The notes under the pieces are model-generated. The model had not been told where the DNA came from. It saw only the letters and a program-made list of their open reading frames with translations, and searched no databases. A stretch of DNA of 64,000 nt from an uncultured virus (IMG/VR IMGVR_UViG_3300026457_000001) (taxonomy: Duplodnaviria; Heunggongvirae; Uroviricota; Caudoviricetes): IMG/VR virus record IMGVR_UViG_3300026457_000001; one strand, 5' to 3'. The position numbers were made by a program, and so were the translations under genes. Each line of letters starts with the position of its first letter. Position 1 is the stretch's first letter. This document shows positions 1 to 8,012 of the stretch, piece after piece.

Positions 1-127
1 CGCCTAGCCATGCACAAAGTCTATGGGTATAGGTTAATCGTGAATGATGGCTGGGCCTCCGATACCGCCACACACGGCGTTCAGCCTTACGGTCAGAACC
101 GACCCAGCAGATTGAATTTAACCGTGG
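1..127 (+). repeat. Exact 127-bp direct repeat, copy 1
   Basis: Identical to 38816-38942; first mismatch at base 128 (g vs t). Confidence 0.95.
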
Positions 128-309
128 GCTTCGGCGGTTTGAATTTCTTCGTCTAGGGCGTCGCCAGCTTCGTCAAAGCCTTCGTCATATAGCCACTGCT
201 GAACAGCGGTGAGCATGGCAGCGGCGGCAAGGCTGAATTCGTAATCACCGTCGGAATCAACGGCGGAGTCAAAGGCGCCTTGAAGATCGTGCCAGAGGTG
301 CTTGGCCAT
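118..309 (-). CDS. Hypothetical acidic protein (63 aa)
   Basis: Homolog at 38933-39124 differs mostly by synonymous changes. Confidence 0.75.
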   Translation of the reverse strand: MAKHLWHDLQGAFDSAVDSDGDYEFSLAAAAMLTAVQQWLYDEGFDEAGDALDEEIQTAEAHG

Positions 310-360
310 GAGTCGGATGTGGCAGCCCGATGCCGAGGCAGAGCGGGAACAGGATCAGGT

Positions 361-375
361 TAGTGGGTCTGACTA
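361..375. other. TAGTG-N5-GACTA site overlapping the stop codon of ORF 373-618
   Basis: TAGTG GGTCT GACTA; same 10 fixed bases at 55611 and 55660. Confidence 0.6.
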
Positions 376-618
376 CTGGGCTTCTAGTTCGGTGGCAATA
401 GCCAAGAGGGCGAATCGAGCTTGCTGCTCAGCGTTCCAGACGTGCCATTCAACTGTTGGGTGCTTGGCATCAACAGCGCCTTCGGGTGGGAGCTGCAGAG
501 GCGCCACCTGATCCGCAGCAGCTCGCAGGGCGGCGGCAATGTGCAACTGCACGATTCGAGACCCAGCACAGTTGCTGGCAGTAATCACCGCCTGCGCGGC
601 GGAGGAAAGTTCAGACAT
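373..618 (-). CDS. Hypothetical protein (accessory, unit A only)
   Basis: 81-aa ORF, plausible composition, co-oriented with neighbours. Confidence 0.65.
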   Translation of the reverse strand: MSELSSAAQAVITASNCAGSRIVQLHIAAALRAAADQVAPLQLPPEGAVDAKHPTVEWHVWNAEQQARFALLAIATELEAQ

Positions 619-699
619 GGAAATTGAGACGGGTCGTAAGCGGGCAAGTATTAGCTGATTCCTGTTTTCAGGTAATACATGCTGATACCTGCCGTGTGC

Positions 700-790
700 T
701 ACAGTGCTGGGGCTGATCAGAAAGCAGCAAAGCGACTGGAGTGAGATCCAGTTGCAAGAGCGGTGGGGGTGACATCCTGCCGCTTTTTAA
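700..790 (+). ncRNA. Candidate small structured RNA
   Basis: TG-c-TACAGT extended -10 at 697-705, hairpins 733-754 and 759-784 followed by a T run. Confidence 0.4.
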
Positions 791-795
791 TGCTT

Positions 796-1185
796 TTAAC
801 ACTGAGAAGGAAATACAACAATGCTGTCGGGCAGTGCCTCCAATGCGCGGCGGATGGTGTCCCAGTCCTTGGGTGACGGCCGCCAGCCGTCTTCGTGCTG
901 CTCAACGAGCGCTAGCGCCTGCTCCTTCAAGCTCGGCGGCTTGGGGCGGCGGTCGGCGCGGAGCGAAGGGATCAGTTCGGGATGTGTGGCCAGGTTTTGC
1001 CAGTGAAGCCACTCACAGCACGCCTCCAGCTCTTGATCTGCGCCCCATTGGGCGGCGCGGGTGGCGACATAGGCAAGAAGATTGGCCGACCAGCCGATAA
1101 CTGGTGCGTTTTGCTGCTCCCTCCATTCGCGGTCCCACTGCTGCACCAGCTCCGGCGGTGGGGTGATGGGATGTTGTTGTGTCAT
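796..1185 (-). CDS. Hypothetical protein (accessory, unit A only)
   Basis: 129-aa ORF starting MTQQHPITPPPELVQQW. Confidence 0.7.
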   Translation of the reverse strand: MTQQHPITPPPELVQQWDREWREQQNAPVIGWSANLLAYVATRAAQWGADQELEACCEWLHWQNLATHPELIPSLRADRRPKPPSLKEQALALVEQHEDGWRPSPKDWDTIRRALEALPDSIVVFPSQC

Positions 1186-1208
1186 AAGAAAAGGCCCCCG
1201 AAGGGGCC
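1186..1208 (-). terminator. Rho-independent terminator, cUUCGg loop
   Basis: ggcccc-ttcg-ggggcc-ttttctt on minus strand; equivalent at 39156-39180. Confidence 0.8.
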
Positions 1209-1216
1209 GGTGACGT

Positions 1217-1489
1217 TCAGGACAGTGCGCGATTGTTGAGCATTTCGTTTGCGGTGTTCAGGCGCTGGATCAGTTGAGGAAGGATGTGGAAGTGACGCTC
1301 ACGCTTCGCGGCTTCGATCATGCCAAGGGTTTCGGTGCGGAACTCTTGCCATTGTTGGCGCTGTGACTTGCGGACAGGCTTGGCGGTTTCAATGATGATC
1401 GTGCCGCAGTGTGCTTGCTTGCGGTTGTTTTCCTTCCATGCGGCCAGCTCAGCGGCGGTCATGTTGTCGGTGATGGAAGTGCGGGTCAT
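1217..1489 (-). CDS. Hypothetical protein in a variable promoter-ORF-terminator slot
   Basis: 90-aa ORF between promoter (1526-1555) and terminator (1186-1208). Confidence 0.7.
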   Translation of the reverse strand: MTRTSITDNMTAAELAAWKENNRKQAHCGTIIIETAKPVRKSQRQQWQEFRTETLGMIEAAKRERHFHILPQLIQRLNTANEMLNNRALS

Positions 1490-1525
1490 GGTCTTGTGTG
1501 TGGTGGGGTCGCCCCCTCTCCCCTA

Positions 1526-1555
1526 ATTATGGGGTATACCCCTGTCATCCGTCAA
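1526..1555 (-). promoter_or_regulatory. Sigma70-like promoter with GGGGTATACCCC palindrome
   Basis: TTGACG-18-CATAAT; perfect palindrome at 1531-1542 in the spacer. Confidence 0.7.
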
Positions 1556-1745
1556 CAGGCAAAAGAAAACCCCCGCTTGAGCAGGGGCTCTCTCGCCCGA
1601 CGCAGGTGAATCTGAACCATCCCTTGGATCGCACGCAGCGGTTGCCCGACTTCAGTTTCAGTTGGCTGGCTTCCCTCGGGACAGACGCAAGGCGTGTGTT
1701 GATCCGACTTCTGACAGCACCCAGCAGGGGACTTTGCTGGTGGCG

Positions 1746-3071
1746 TCAATATAGCCTGATGCCCGTGCCCTTGCCCGCGTTGGCGTACAGCGGGTTGTAC
1801 TCCGACATGACCAGATACCCCAGCCCGTCTGTCCAGTGCTCGATACCAGCCGACTTGTCGATCACGTAATCATCAGCCCCCTGCTTGTAGGTCACGTTGC
1901 GCAGCGCCTTGATCGTGTTCTTGCAGCGCGGGTGAACGAACAGGCGGATCTGGCCATTGGCGTTACGGATCAGGCTGTTAGTGGCGTTGATCTTGTCCTT
2001 CACTGCCCAGGGCGCCTTGGGGCTGACGCAGCCAAACCCGTACTGGCGAATGATCTCGTGGTCAGTGCGGCCAGCCGATGAAGTCTTGCGGGCACTACCG
2101 GTTGGATCCGGGTAGGCGATCAGCTTTCGATCTCTGAACCGCTCACGCAGCATGGCGCACACCTCATCGGTGTTGGTCTGCGTTACCGACACCTCATCCC
2201 ATATATGGAGTGTGTCGCCCACGCGGCTACCGAGCACACCGGCCAGCACGCTCACGTTGAAGTCAGTGCCCCACAGGATCGGACCGCCGGTATCGCAGAC
2301 AGTATCGGAAATGTTGTCGTCGCTGAAATCGGGGTAGACACGGCCCGAGAGGGTTTCAAAGCTGGCAAGGTATTCCTGGCGGAAGGTGCGGTCATCAAGC
2401 GTGCGACGGGCAGCCTCAACCTCATCCTCGGGAACGTTGCCGCCTTGGATCGTGGTGTAACTGAAGGTTGACCAGTCGGGTTGGTCTTGCGCCTGTTCCC
2501 ATAGATCGTGAAACCAGTTCAGGCCAGCAGGGGTGGTGATAAACCATGCGGGGCCACCTTGATCAGACAAGGCTGGGCGCAGCACCATCTCCCATGCTTC
2601 CTGCTTGACGTATGCGGCTTCGTCAACGATCAGGCTGCTGAGCGATACACCACGGAGGGCATCGGCGGACTCGGCACCTTTCAAGGCGATCACGCTGCCG
2701 TTGCTCAATTCAACGGACAGTTCGGATTCGTTTTTTCTGGCAAACATTTCGGGCGGCACCATGGCACGAAGCTGGCGCCACGCAATTTGTTTTGCCGATT
2801 TATAGGTTTGCGTGCAGTACCAATTAAGGGAATTTGGATGCTCAATTGCCCAAGCGACCAAACGGGCAATGCAAAGGTAGGTTTTACCAAAACGACGACC
2901 AGAACAAAGAAGTTTGAAGCGTTCTGGCGCGTTCCACACTTCTCGCTGTGGTGGAGTTAGCGAATCGTAAAGACGTTCCGCGAAAGGAGTCCAATCCCTT
3001 TCGTTGCAAACTGTGATCGGAGCTTCAAGTAAAAAGCCGCCAGGACAGCCGTCAAGTATGGATGGGCTCAT
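1746..3071 (-). CDS. terL: Terminase large subunit (unit A)
   Basis: Walker A SGRRFGKT, Walker B LIVDEAA, ITTP motif, nuclease GTDFN and HWTDGLGY; start taken at ATGA overlap 3071. Confidence 0.93.
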   Translation of the reverse strand: MSPSILDGCPGGFLLEAPITVCNERDWTPFAERLYDSLTPPQREVWNAPERFKLLCSGRRFGKTYLCIARLVAWAIEHPNSLNWYCTQTYKSAKQIAWRQLRAMVPPEMFARKNESELSVELSNGSVIALKGAESADALRGVSLSSLIVDEAAYVKQEAWEMVLRPALSDQGGPAWFITTPAGLNWFHDLWEQAQDQPDWSTFSYTTIQGGNVPEDEVEAARRTLDDRTFRQEYLASFETLSGRVYPDFSDDNISDTVCDTGGPILWGTDFNVSVLAGVLGSRVGDTLHIWDEVSVTQTNTDEVCAMLRERFRDRKLIAYPDPTGSARKTSSAGRTDHEIIRQYGFGCVSPKAPWAVKDKINATNSLIRNANGQIRLFVHPRCKNTIKALRNVTYKQGADDYVIDKSAGIEHWTDGLGYLVMSEYNPLYANAGKGTGIRLY

Positions 3072-3646
3072 GCCAGCAACTTGGCGCTTTTGCGGCGATT
3101 GTCGCCCCTCCAAAGCGGTTGAAGGTTTGTGAAATGGAAACAAGAAAGTCGTTGCACGGGATCGGTTAAATCAAAACTGGCGCAAGGACGAATGTGATCA
3201 ACCTCCCATTCACCGAAATTTTCCCAAGTCATACCGTCCTCAAACTTGGCAGCAATGTAATCACGAAGTTCAGTAGGTGAACAACCAAGCCAATCGGCAG
3301 TACGGCAATTTTTTCTTATGCCTTGAGAAGACAAAGCCTTGTAAAGACGAACACGGGAAAAATTGGCGATCTTGTATTCAGGCGTATGCCGCTGGCGTTC
3401 GCGCATTCTTGCTTGCCTTTTGGCTGCATTGGTGCGACGAATTTCGGGGCTGCTTGTTTTCCTGCATTCCTTGCAGCCTGCACCGCGCCAGTGATTTGTA
3501 GGCAATTGCATAAACAGCCCGTGAGAAGGGCAAACGATGGCAATTTTCGTAAGTGCGCCTTGGTAATCAGAACAGGAGTAGTCAAATCGGTCGCCATGGG
3601 CGGCTTTTGCGCGTTCAACGAACTGCGCGGTCGTAAGCTTTGCCAT
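3068..3646 (-). CDS. HNH/endonuclease VII-like homing endonuclease with Zn-ribbon
   Basis: CPSHG..GCKEC N-terminus; GMTWENFGEWEVDHIRPCASF..NLQPLW..N..K; sits between terS and terL. Confidence 0.85.
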   Translation of the reverse strand: MAKLTTAQFVERAKAAHGDRFDYSCSDYQGALTKIAIVCPSHGLFMQLPTNHWRGAGCKECRKTSSPEIRRTNAAKRQARMRERQRHTPEYKIANFSRVRLYKALSSQGIRKNCRTADWLGCSPTELRDYIAAKFEDGMTWENFGEWEVDHIRPCASFDLTDPVQRLSCFHFTNLQPLWRGDNRRKSAKLLA

Positions 3647-3699
3647 TCCTTTATAGTAGCCCGTGACGGCGAGGAAGGTAAGACCGGGTAAGAGCAGGC

Positions 3700-4017
3700 T
3701 CAAATTTCAAGGCCGATCAGTTTGGCTTGGAGCTGGATGGCGTTGAGTGCGACCTGCGTTTGACCGCGTTTGTAGGCGGACTGTTCGTAGGTGCGAGCAC
3801 GACCTAGGGCTTCAGCGATCCATGAGGGGCGCGTCATGGCGGCGTCTTCTTCTAGGCGGATTCTTGCGCGTTGAATGTATTCATCAACTTGACGGGGAGT
3901 GATATTCCATTGTTTCGACCCGAATTGAACAATTTGTCCACGGGATTGTCCTTCGGTCAAAAGACCGTAAATAGTGTCAACACGGAAGTTGACTTCGGCA
4001 GCGGTTGAACGCGCCAA
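3700..4017 (-). CDS. terS: Probable terminase small subunit (HTH)
   Basis: Position upstream of terL; helical HTH-like N-terminus; homologous to 40855-41178. Confidence 0.65.
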   Translation of the reverse strand: MARSTAAEVNFRVDTIYGLLTEGQSRGQIVQFGSKQWNITPRQVDEYIQRARIRLEEDAAMTRPSWIAEALGRARTYEQSAYKRGQTQVALNAIQLQAKLIGLEI

Positions 4018-4215
4018 TGTTGCAGAAAAACGAATGAATAAAGGATAAACCCAAAAGCAATAAATGGCGAGGCGTGAGACGCAAGTGAGACGAGCGGGCT
4101 GTGGAAAACCCTCGATTTAGGACGATTATCACACTGTCCACAGGCACATTTGCGTTTTTGCGTCAAAACGCTAGCTTTTGCAAGCATCACTAGCACAAAG
4201 CAATTTTTTGCAAGC

Positions 4216-4824
4216 ATGAGCAAACCTGTTTTTCTGCGCCTTCCCGAGGATTTGATTTGTGACTTGGAGCGTTACAAACCCAAAACGATGTCCCTGACTG
4301 GGTATTGCGCCTTTTTGATCGAACTAGGGGTTGACAGGGAGGTTACGCTGGCGGAGCGACCGACAGGGAGCGAAGCCTCTAATTCTTCTTCTAGTATTAC
4401 TAATAAAGAATCTTATAATCTAAATAATATAGAACGGTCGGAAAAAGTTAAGGAAAACGCCGAAAAAGAGCCCAAAATCGGCAAATCGAGGAAAAAGCCG
4501 GCCTACACCGAGGAGTTTGAGGCCTTTTGGAAGCTGTACCAATCTGCGCCTGATCGCGTCTCATCTCAGACGAAACCCAAGGCATTTGACGAGTGGAAGG
4601 CCATCGTTGCCCTTGAAGGCCCTGAGACCCTCCTAGAAGCCGCAGGAAGGGCGATTGACGAGCAGAAGCGCAAGAAGGGCGCCGGGGAGTTCGTGGGCAG
4701 CCTTCCTGACCTGTTTCGCTGGCTTCGTGATGGGAAGTACGAGGTGTATCTCGAAGGGCACAAGCAGCAGCAGGTTGGCCCGGTGTGGAACGCGGAGATG
4801 GGCTGCTGGGTTTACGACGACTGA
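4216..4824 (+). CDS. Replication initiator/replisome organizer-like protein
   Basis: RHH-like N-terminus, AT-rich linker, FEAFWKLY..K.KAFDEW..WLRDGKY C-domain; homolog at 42641. Confidence 0.55.
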   Translation: MSKPVFLRLPEDLICDLERYKPKTMSLTGYCAFLIELGVDREVTLAERPTGSEASNSSSSITNKESYNLNNIERSEKVKENAEKEPKIGKSRKKPAYTEEFEAFWKLYQSAPDRVSSQTKPKAFDEWKAIVALEGPETLLEAAGRAIDEQKRKKGAGEFVGSLPDLFRWLRDGKYEVYLEGHKQQQVGPVWNAEMGCWVYDD

Positions 4825-4856
4825 TCCTGTCCCTTGTTAATCATCTGAGACTCACC

Positions 4857-5144
4857 ATGAAGCTTTATCAGCCCGATGCCAAAGGGAAATACGTGTGGCA
4901 GGTATCGGACGAGAAGACCAGACAGGTCAGCTACTCCGTGACCACCAGCCGCACGCCACCGCCAAACGCCTGCTACGGGCACCCGATGGGGAAATACGAC
5001 GACCAGGGCTTGTACATGACCTTCTGCCCGAACGTGGGCGCTGATGACCCCAAGAGCCCGCTGGCAGCGCGTTATGTCGTGCATCCCCTTGCTGCGTCAG
5101 AACGTGACAACGCAGACAAGGAACGGCTTTGGAGCCACATCTGA
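4857..5144 (+). CDS. Hypothetical protein
   Basis: Protein-level conservation with 43333-43620. Confidence 0.75.
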   Translation: MKLYQPDAKGKYVWQVSDEKTRQVSYSVTTSRTPPPNACYGHPMGKYDDQGLYMTFCPNVGADDPKSPLAARYVVHPLAASERDNADKERLWSHI

Positions 5145-5746
5145 TGGCGAAATCTGGAGCGAGAGCCTTGGCCATTGCAAATGGTGAAATGTTTTACACA
5201 GGCAGTCAATGCTCGAAAGGGCACGGAAGCACTCGAAGAACCCAAAATGGCGTTTGTGTCGTTTGTGAAAAAGAAAATCAAGCGGCAAGAAAGGCAAAGA
5301 AAACATGCCGTAACTGCGGGTCTATTTTTTATGGAAGATACAGATATAAAACTTGCTCTGACGATTGCGCAAAAGCGCTTGAATCAAAAAGAAGAATTGA
5401 TTATATAAAAAGAAAATCCCAGACCAGCGCTGGCAGATTTGAGTTCAATGCTCGCCAAAGAATTATTAGGGTTCTCAAAAGAAATGGTTTATCTAAAAGT
5501 GAGAAATTTATTGAACTGGTCGGAATGACACCACTTGAGTTAATGGATTATTTGGAAAAAATGTTTACAGATGGCATGACTTGGGACAATTACGGCCAGT
5601 GGCATTTGGATCACATAAGGCCATGCGCAAGTTTTGACTTAAGCGATGTAGAGCAGCGAAAAGCTTGTTTTCACTTTACAAACTTGCAGCCGCTTTGGGC
5701 TAAAGATAATTTAATAAAAGGGACTCAGTGGAGTAATTGTGCATGA
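5144..5746 (+). CDS. HNH/endonuclease VII-like homing endonuclease
   Basis: CSKGH..CVVC and CRNC..C motifs; GMTWDNYGQWHLDHIRPCASF..NLQPLW; AT-rich; unit A only. Confidence 0.85.
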   Translation: MAKSGARALAIANGEMFYTGSQCSKGHGSTRRTQNGVCVVCEKENQAARKAKKTCRNCGSIFYGRYRYKTCSDDCAKALESKRRIDYIKRKSQTSAGRFEFNARQRIIRVLKRNGLSKSEKFIELVGMTPLELMDYLEKMFTDGMTWDNYGQWHLDHIRPCASFDLSDVEQRKACFHFTNLQPLWAKDNLIKGTQWSNCA

Positions 5747-6183
5747 AGAAAGCATTTGATTTGGCTACGGTCCGCATTTTATTACGGCGAATGGTTGATA
5801 AAAATTACATAACCATCGAGGATCTAGACGTGCCATCACAGGGCTGGGTCATCACAATGGAGGATGCCAAGCGCATTCCCGGTTTCACACCACCGATTCA
5901 CCGCAATCCCCTCAGAGATGAGCCCACACCAACAGAGCGCGTTGAAGTCGTCAGCCCAAGAGACTTCCCGGTGGCTGCAACCCCTCCCGATCCTGTTCAA
6001 CGAGGAAGCGCACCGCTACTACCACGAGCCGACGGGGCAGTGGCTGAATCATTCGGTGACGCAGGTGTGCAAGGGCACGAAGGACCCGTGGGCGATGCGG
6101 CGGATCATGGAGACGAAGCACATCTGGGAGCCGCGTGGGAAGGCAGTACACAAGGCGTTGGAGGATTTTCTGACGACTGGTGA
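5743..6183 (+). CDS. Hypothetical protein overlapping the exonuclease gene in another frame
   Basis: N-terminus conserved at protein level with 44256-44696 despite DNA divergence. Confidence 0.55.
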   Translation: MKKAFDLATVRILLRRMVDKNYITIEDLDVPSQGWVITMEDAKRIPGFTPPIHRNPLRDEPTPTERVEVVSPRDFPVAATPPDPVQRGSAPLLPRADGAVAESFGDAGVQGHEGPVGDAADHGDEAHLGAAWEGSTQGVGGFSDDW

Positions 6184-6598
6184 TGCCGGCGAATGGCCTG
6201 CTGAATATGCGGAATGGATTGAGCCGTTACTGGGCCATTCCGTTTGGCAGACCTATGAGGCCATCGCGTGTGAATACCGATTGTGCGACGTAGAGCGCAG
6301 CATCGCCGGCAGCTTTGATTGCCTATTGCGTCGTAAGGACGATCATCAACAGCTTGTGCTGGTGGACCTGAAGACGCAGGGCAAGCCTGATGCCAGTCCA
6401 TACGACGTGAGCACGCAGCTCGGTGGCTACCTGGGGATGATGAGCCTGCACTGGCCCAAGCTGTACATCCAGAAGGCTGGTGTGCTGTGGTCCCGGCCTG
6501 GCAGTACGACGCTGCAGAAGGTCGACGTAGATGAGGCGGTGATTGAGTGGCAGGGCGCTAGGGATGCATTTCTGATGTTGAACGCGCCGGAGTTTTGA
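5864..6598 (+). CDS. PD-(D/E)xK exonuclease (RecB/Cas4-like)
   Basis: SVTQV, RGKAVH..LE, CEYRL..IAGSFD..LVDLKT..QL..Y motifs. Confidence 0.85.
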   Translation: MPSAFPVSHHRFTAIPSEMSPHQQSALKSSAQETSRWLQPLPILFNEEAHRYYHEPTGQWLNHSVTQVCKGTKDPWAMRRIMETKHIWEPRGKAVHKALEDFLTTGDAGEWPAEYAEWIEPLLGHSVWQTYEAIACEYRLCDVERSIAGSFDCLLRRKDDHQQLVLVDLKTQGKPDASPYDVSTQLGGYLGMMSLHWPKLYIQKAGVLWSRPGSTTLQKVDVDEAVIEWQGARDAFLMLNAPEF

Positions 6599-6690
6599 TG
6601 ACCGATCCCGTCTGGCCAGTGATGGTGCTGATCGGCATTGGCTTGCTTGGCGTGACGGCGCTGCTGGCCTGGGTTGCCATGCAGGGTTGA
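6598..6690 (+). CDS. 30-aa membrane peptide (not in ORF track)
   Basis: MTDPVWPVMVLIGIGLLGVTALLAWVAMQG; conserved with conservative changes at 45111-45203. Confidence 0.55.
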   Translation: MTDPVWPVMVLIGIGLLGVTALLAWVAMQG

Positions 6691-6715
6691 CGGGTCTTGC
6701 GCTTAGGGGTATACT
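6687..6715 (+). promoter_or_regulatory. Sigma70 promoter with GGGGTATACTCC box over -10
   Basis: TTGACG-17-TATACT. Confidence 0.8.
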
Positions 6716-6754
6716 CCATATGGGCAGCGATGCCCTCACTACACACAAACCCCA

Positions 6755-6919
6755 ATGACAAACCTCAACCGCGCTACAAAGGCTCAGTTGCTTGAGCTGA
6801 TTACCGAGCAGGCCGGCACCACCACAACACTTGAGAAACAGGTGAACGAATCCAAGGAACAGGTCAGCATTGCGCTGTGGATTGCGGCCGTCAGCTTCTG
6901 CCTCGGCCTCCTGTTCTGA
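6755..6919 (+). CDS. 54-aa coiled-coil plus C-terminal TM protein (not in ORF track)
   Basis: MTNLNRATKAQLLELI..IALWIAAVSFCLGLLF between promoter and terminator; conserved in unit B. Confidence 0.65.
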   Translation: MTNLNRATKAQLLELITEQAGTTTTLEKQVNESKEQVSIALWIAAVSFCLGLLF

Positions 6920-6924
6920 TCATC

Positions 6925-6948
6925 AGCCCCTTCGGGGGCTTTTCTTTT
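6925..6948 (+). terminator. Rho-independent terminator, cUUCGg loop
   Basis: agcccc-ttcg-ggggct-tttctttt. Confidence 0.85.
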
Positions 6949-6954
6949 CTCGCC

Positions 6955-7263
6955 ATGAAAAACCCCGAATCACTGCTCGGCGTTATCGCAAGCACCAAGA
7001 TCGAAATTGCCCGCCATCAGGAAATCCTTGATCGCCTTATGGAGGATCTGGCCCTGATGTACACCACAGGTGACCTAGACGATCTCAAAGATGACGACGG
7101 CAACCTCAGTGCTCACGGAATCAAAGTATCCCGCTGCACACGCACGAGTTGGCAGTACAGCAATGCCGTCAAAGAGCTGCAGCAGCTAGAGCAGTTTGAA
7201 GGCGTCGCCACGAAGCGCGAAACAGAATACTGGAGAGTGACGCTGCCAAAGGCAGAGTTCTGA
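6955..7263 (+). CDS. Hypothetical protein
   Basis: MKNPESLL start; same protein at 45468-45776. Confidence 0.75.
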   Translation: MKNPESLLGVIASTKIEIARHQEILDRLMEDLALMYTTGDLDDLKDDDGNLSAHGIKVSRCTRTSWQYSNAVKELQQLEQFEGVATKRETEYWRVTLPKAEF

Positions 7264-7469
7264 TGGCTGGCTCTCCCATAGACGATCAGATCGAAGCCAT
7301 CCTGGCCAAGTACGACCTATGGGATCCAGAGCAATACACCAATGCCGTTGCCGAGCTTGCGAGCTACCTGCTGACCGTTGACCCCAAAGAAGAGGCACGC
7401 AGTCTGTACTACAAGTCCGCACGCGAAAAGATTCACCTAGAAAACTGCCTGATTCGCTCCCATGGCTAA
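7263..7469 (+). CDS. Hypothetical protein
   Basis: TGATG coupling; conserved in unit B. Confidence 0.7.
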   Translation: MAGSPIDDQIEAILAKYDLWDPEQYTNAVAELASYLLTVDPKEEARSLYYKSAREKIHLENCLIRSHG

Positions 7470-7601
7470 TCCGTACAACCTGTACAACCTGACGTGGCAG
7501 ACGCGGTTTTTGTTTTGGCTGCTATCAAAGCGCCCTGACGTAGCCGCCATTAACTTGACGACGCCAGTTGATCACCTATCGCGTTGCCTCAGCCATACGA
7601 A

Positions 7602-8012
7602 ATGAAGTTTGCCGTTCAAGGCATTGAACCCGCCCCGCAAGGCAGCAAACGACACGTTGGCAACGGGCGAATGGTTGAGGCATCAGCAAAGGTCAAGCCA
7701 TGGCGTTTTGCTGTCAGCCAAGCAGCCTTGGCGACCGGAGAGGCCATCACCGACGGGCAGGTGTCAGTGCAAATCACTTTCCTGTTCAATCGACCCAAGG
7801 CGCATTACAACAGCAAGGGCGAGCTGAAACCAAAGGCTCCGTTCTACAAAAGCACAAAGCCCGATTTGGACAAACTGTGCAGGTCAACGCTTGACGGCAT
7901 CACAGGCGTCTTGATCAAAGACGATTCGCAGGTTGTCAACTTGATCTGCAATAAGGTCTACACCAATGAGGGTGAATTACCAGGCGCACTGATTACCATC
8001 AACCCACTGTGA
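7602..8012 (+). CDS. rusA: RusA-like Holliday junction resolvase
   Basis: PAPQGSK..KPDLDKLCRSTLDGITGVLIKDDSQV. Confidence 0.9.
   Translation: MKFAVQGIEPAPQGSKRHVGNGRMVEASAKVKPWRFAVSQAALATGEAITDGQVSVQITFLFNRPKAHYNSKGELKPKAPFYKSTKPDLDKLCRSTLDGITGVLIKDDSQVVNLICNKVYTNEGELPGALITINPL

Noticed and set aside
1..127. Terminal repeat or attL/attR interpretation
   Set aside because: Similarity continues with mismatches past base 127, there is no host DNA, and the length equals a common assembler k
700..790. tRNA interpretation of the hairpin cluster
   Set aside because: No acceptor stem, TTC T-loop or cloverleaf
3072..3143. N-terminal extension of TerL in the ORF track (also 40859-40897 in unit B)
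   Set aside because: Overlaps the upstream gene; coupled starts at 3071 and 40858 are more plausible
7472..7491. Short tandem duplication gtacaacct x2
   Set aside because: In-frame 9-bp duplication present in both units; no further structure
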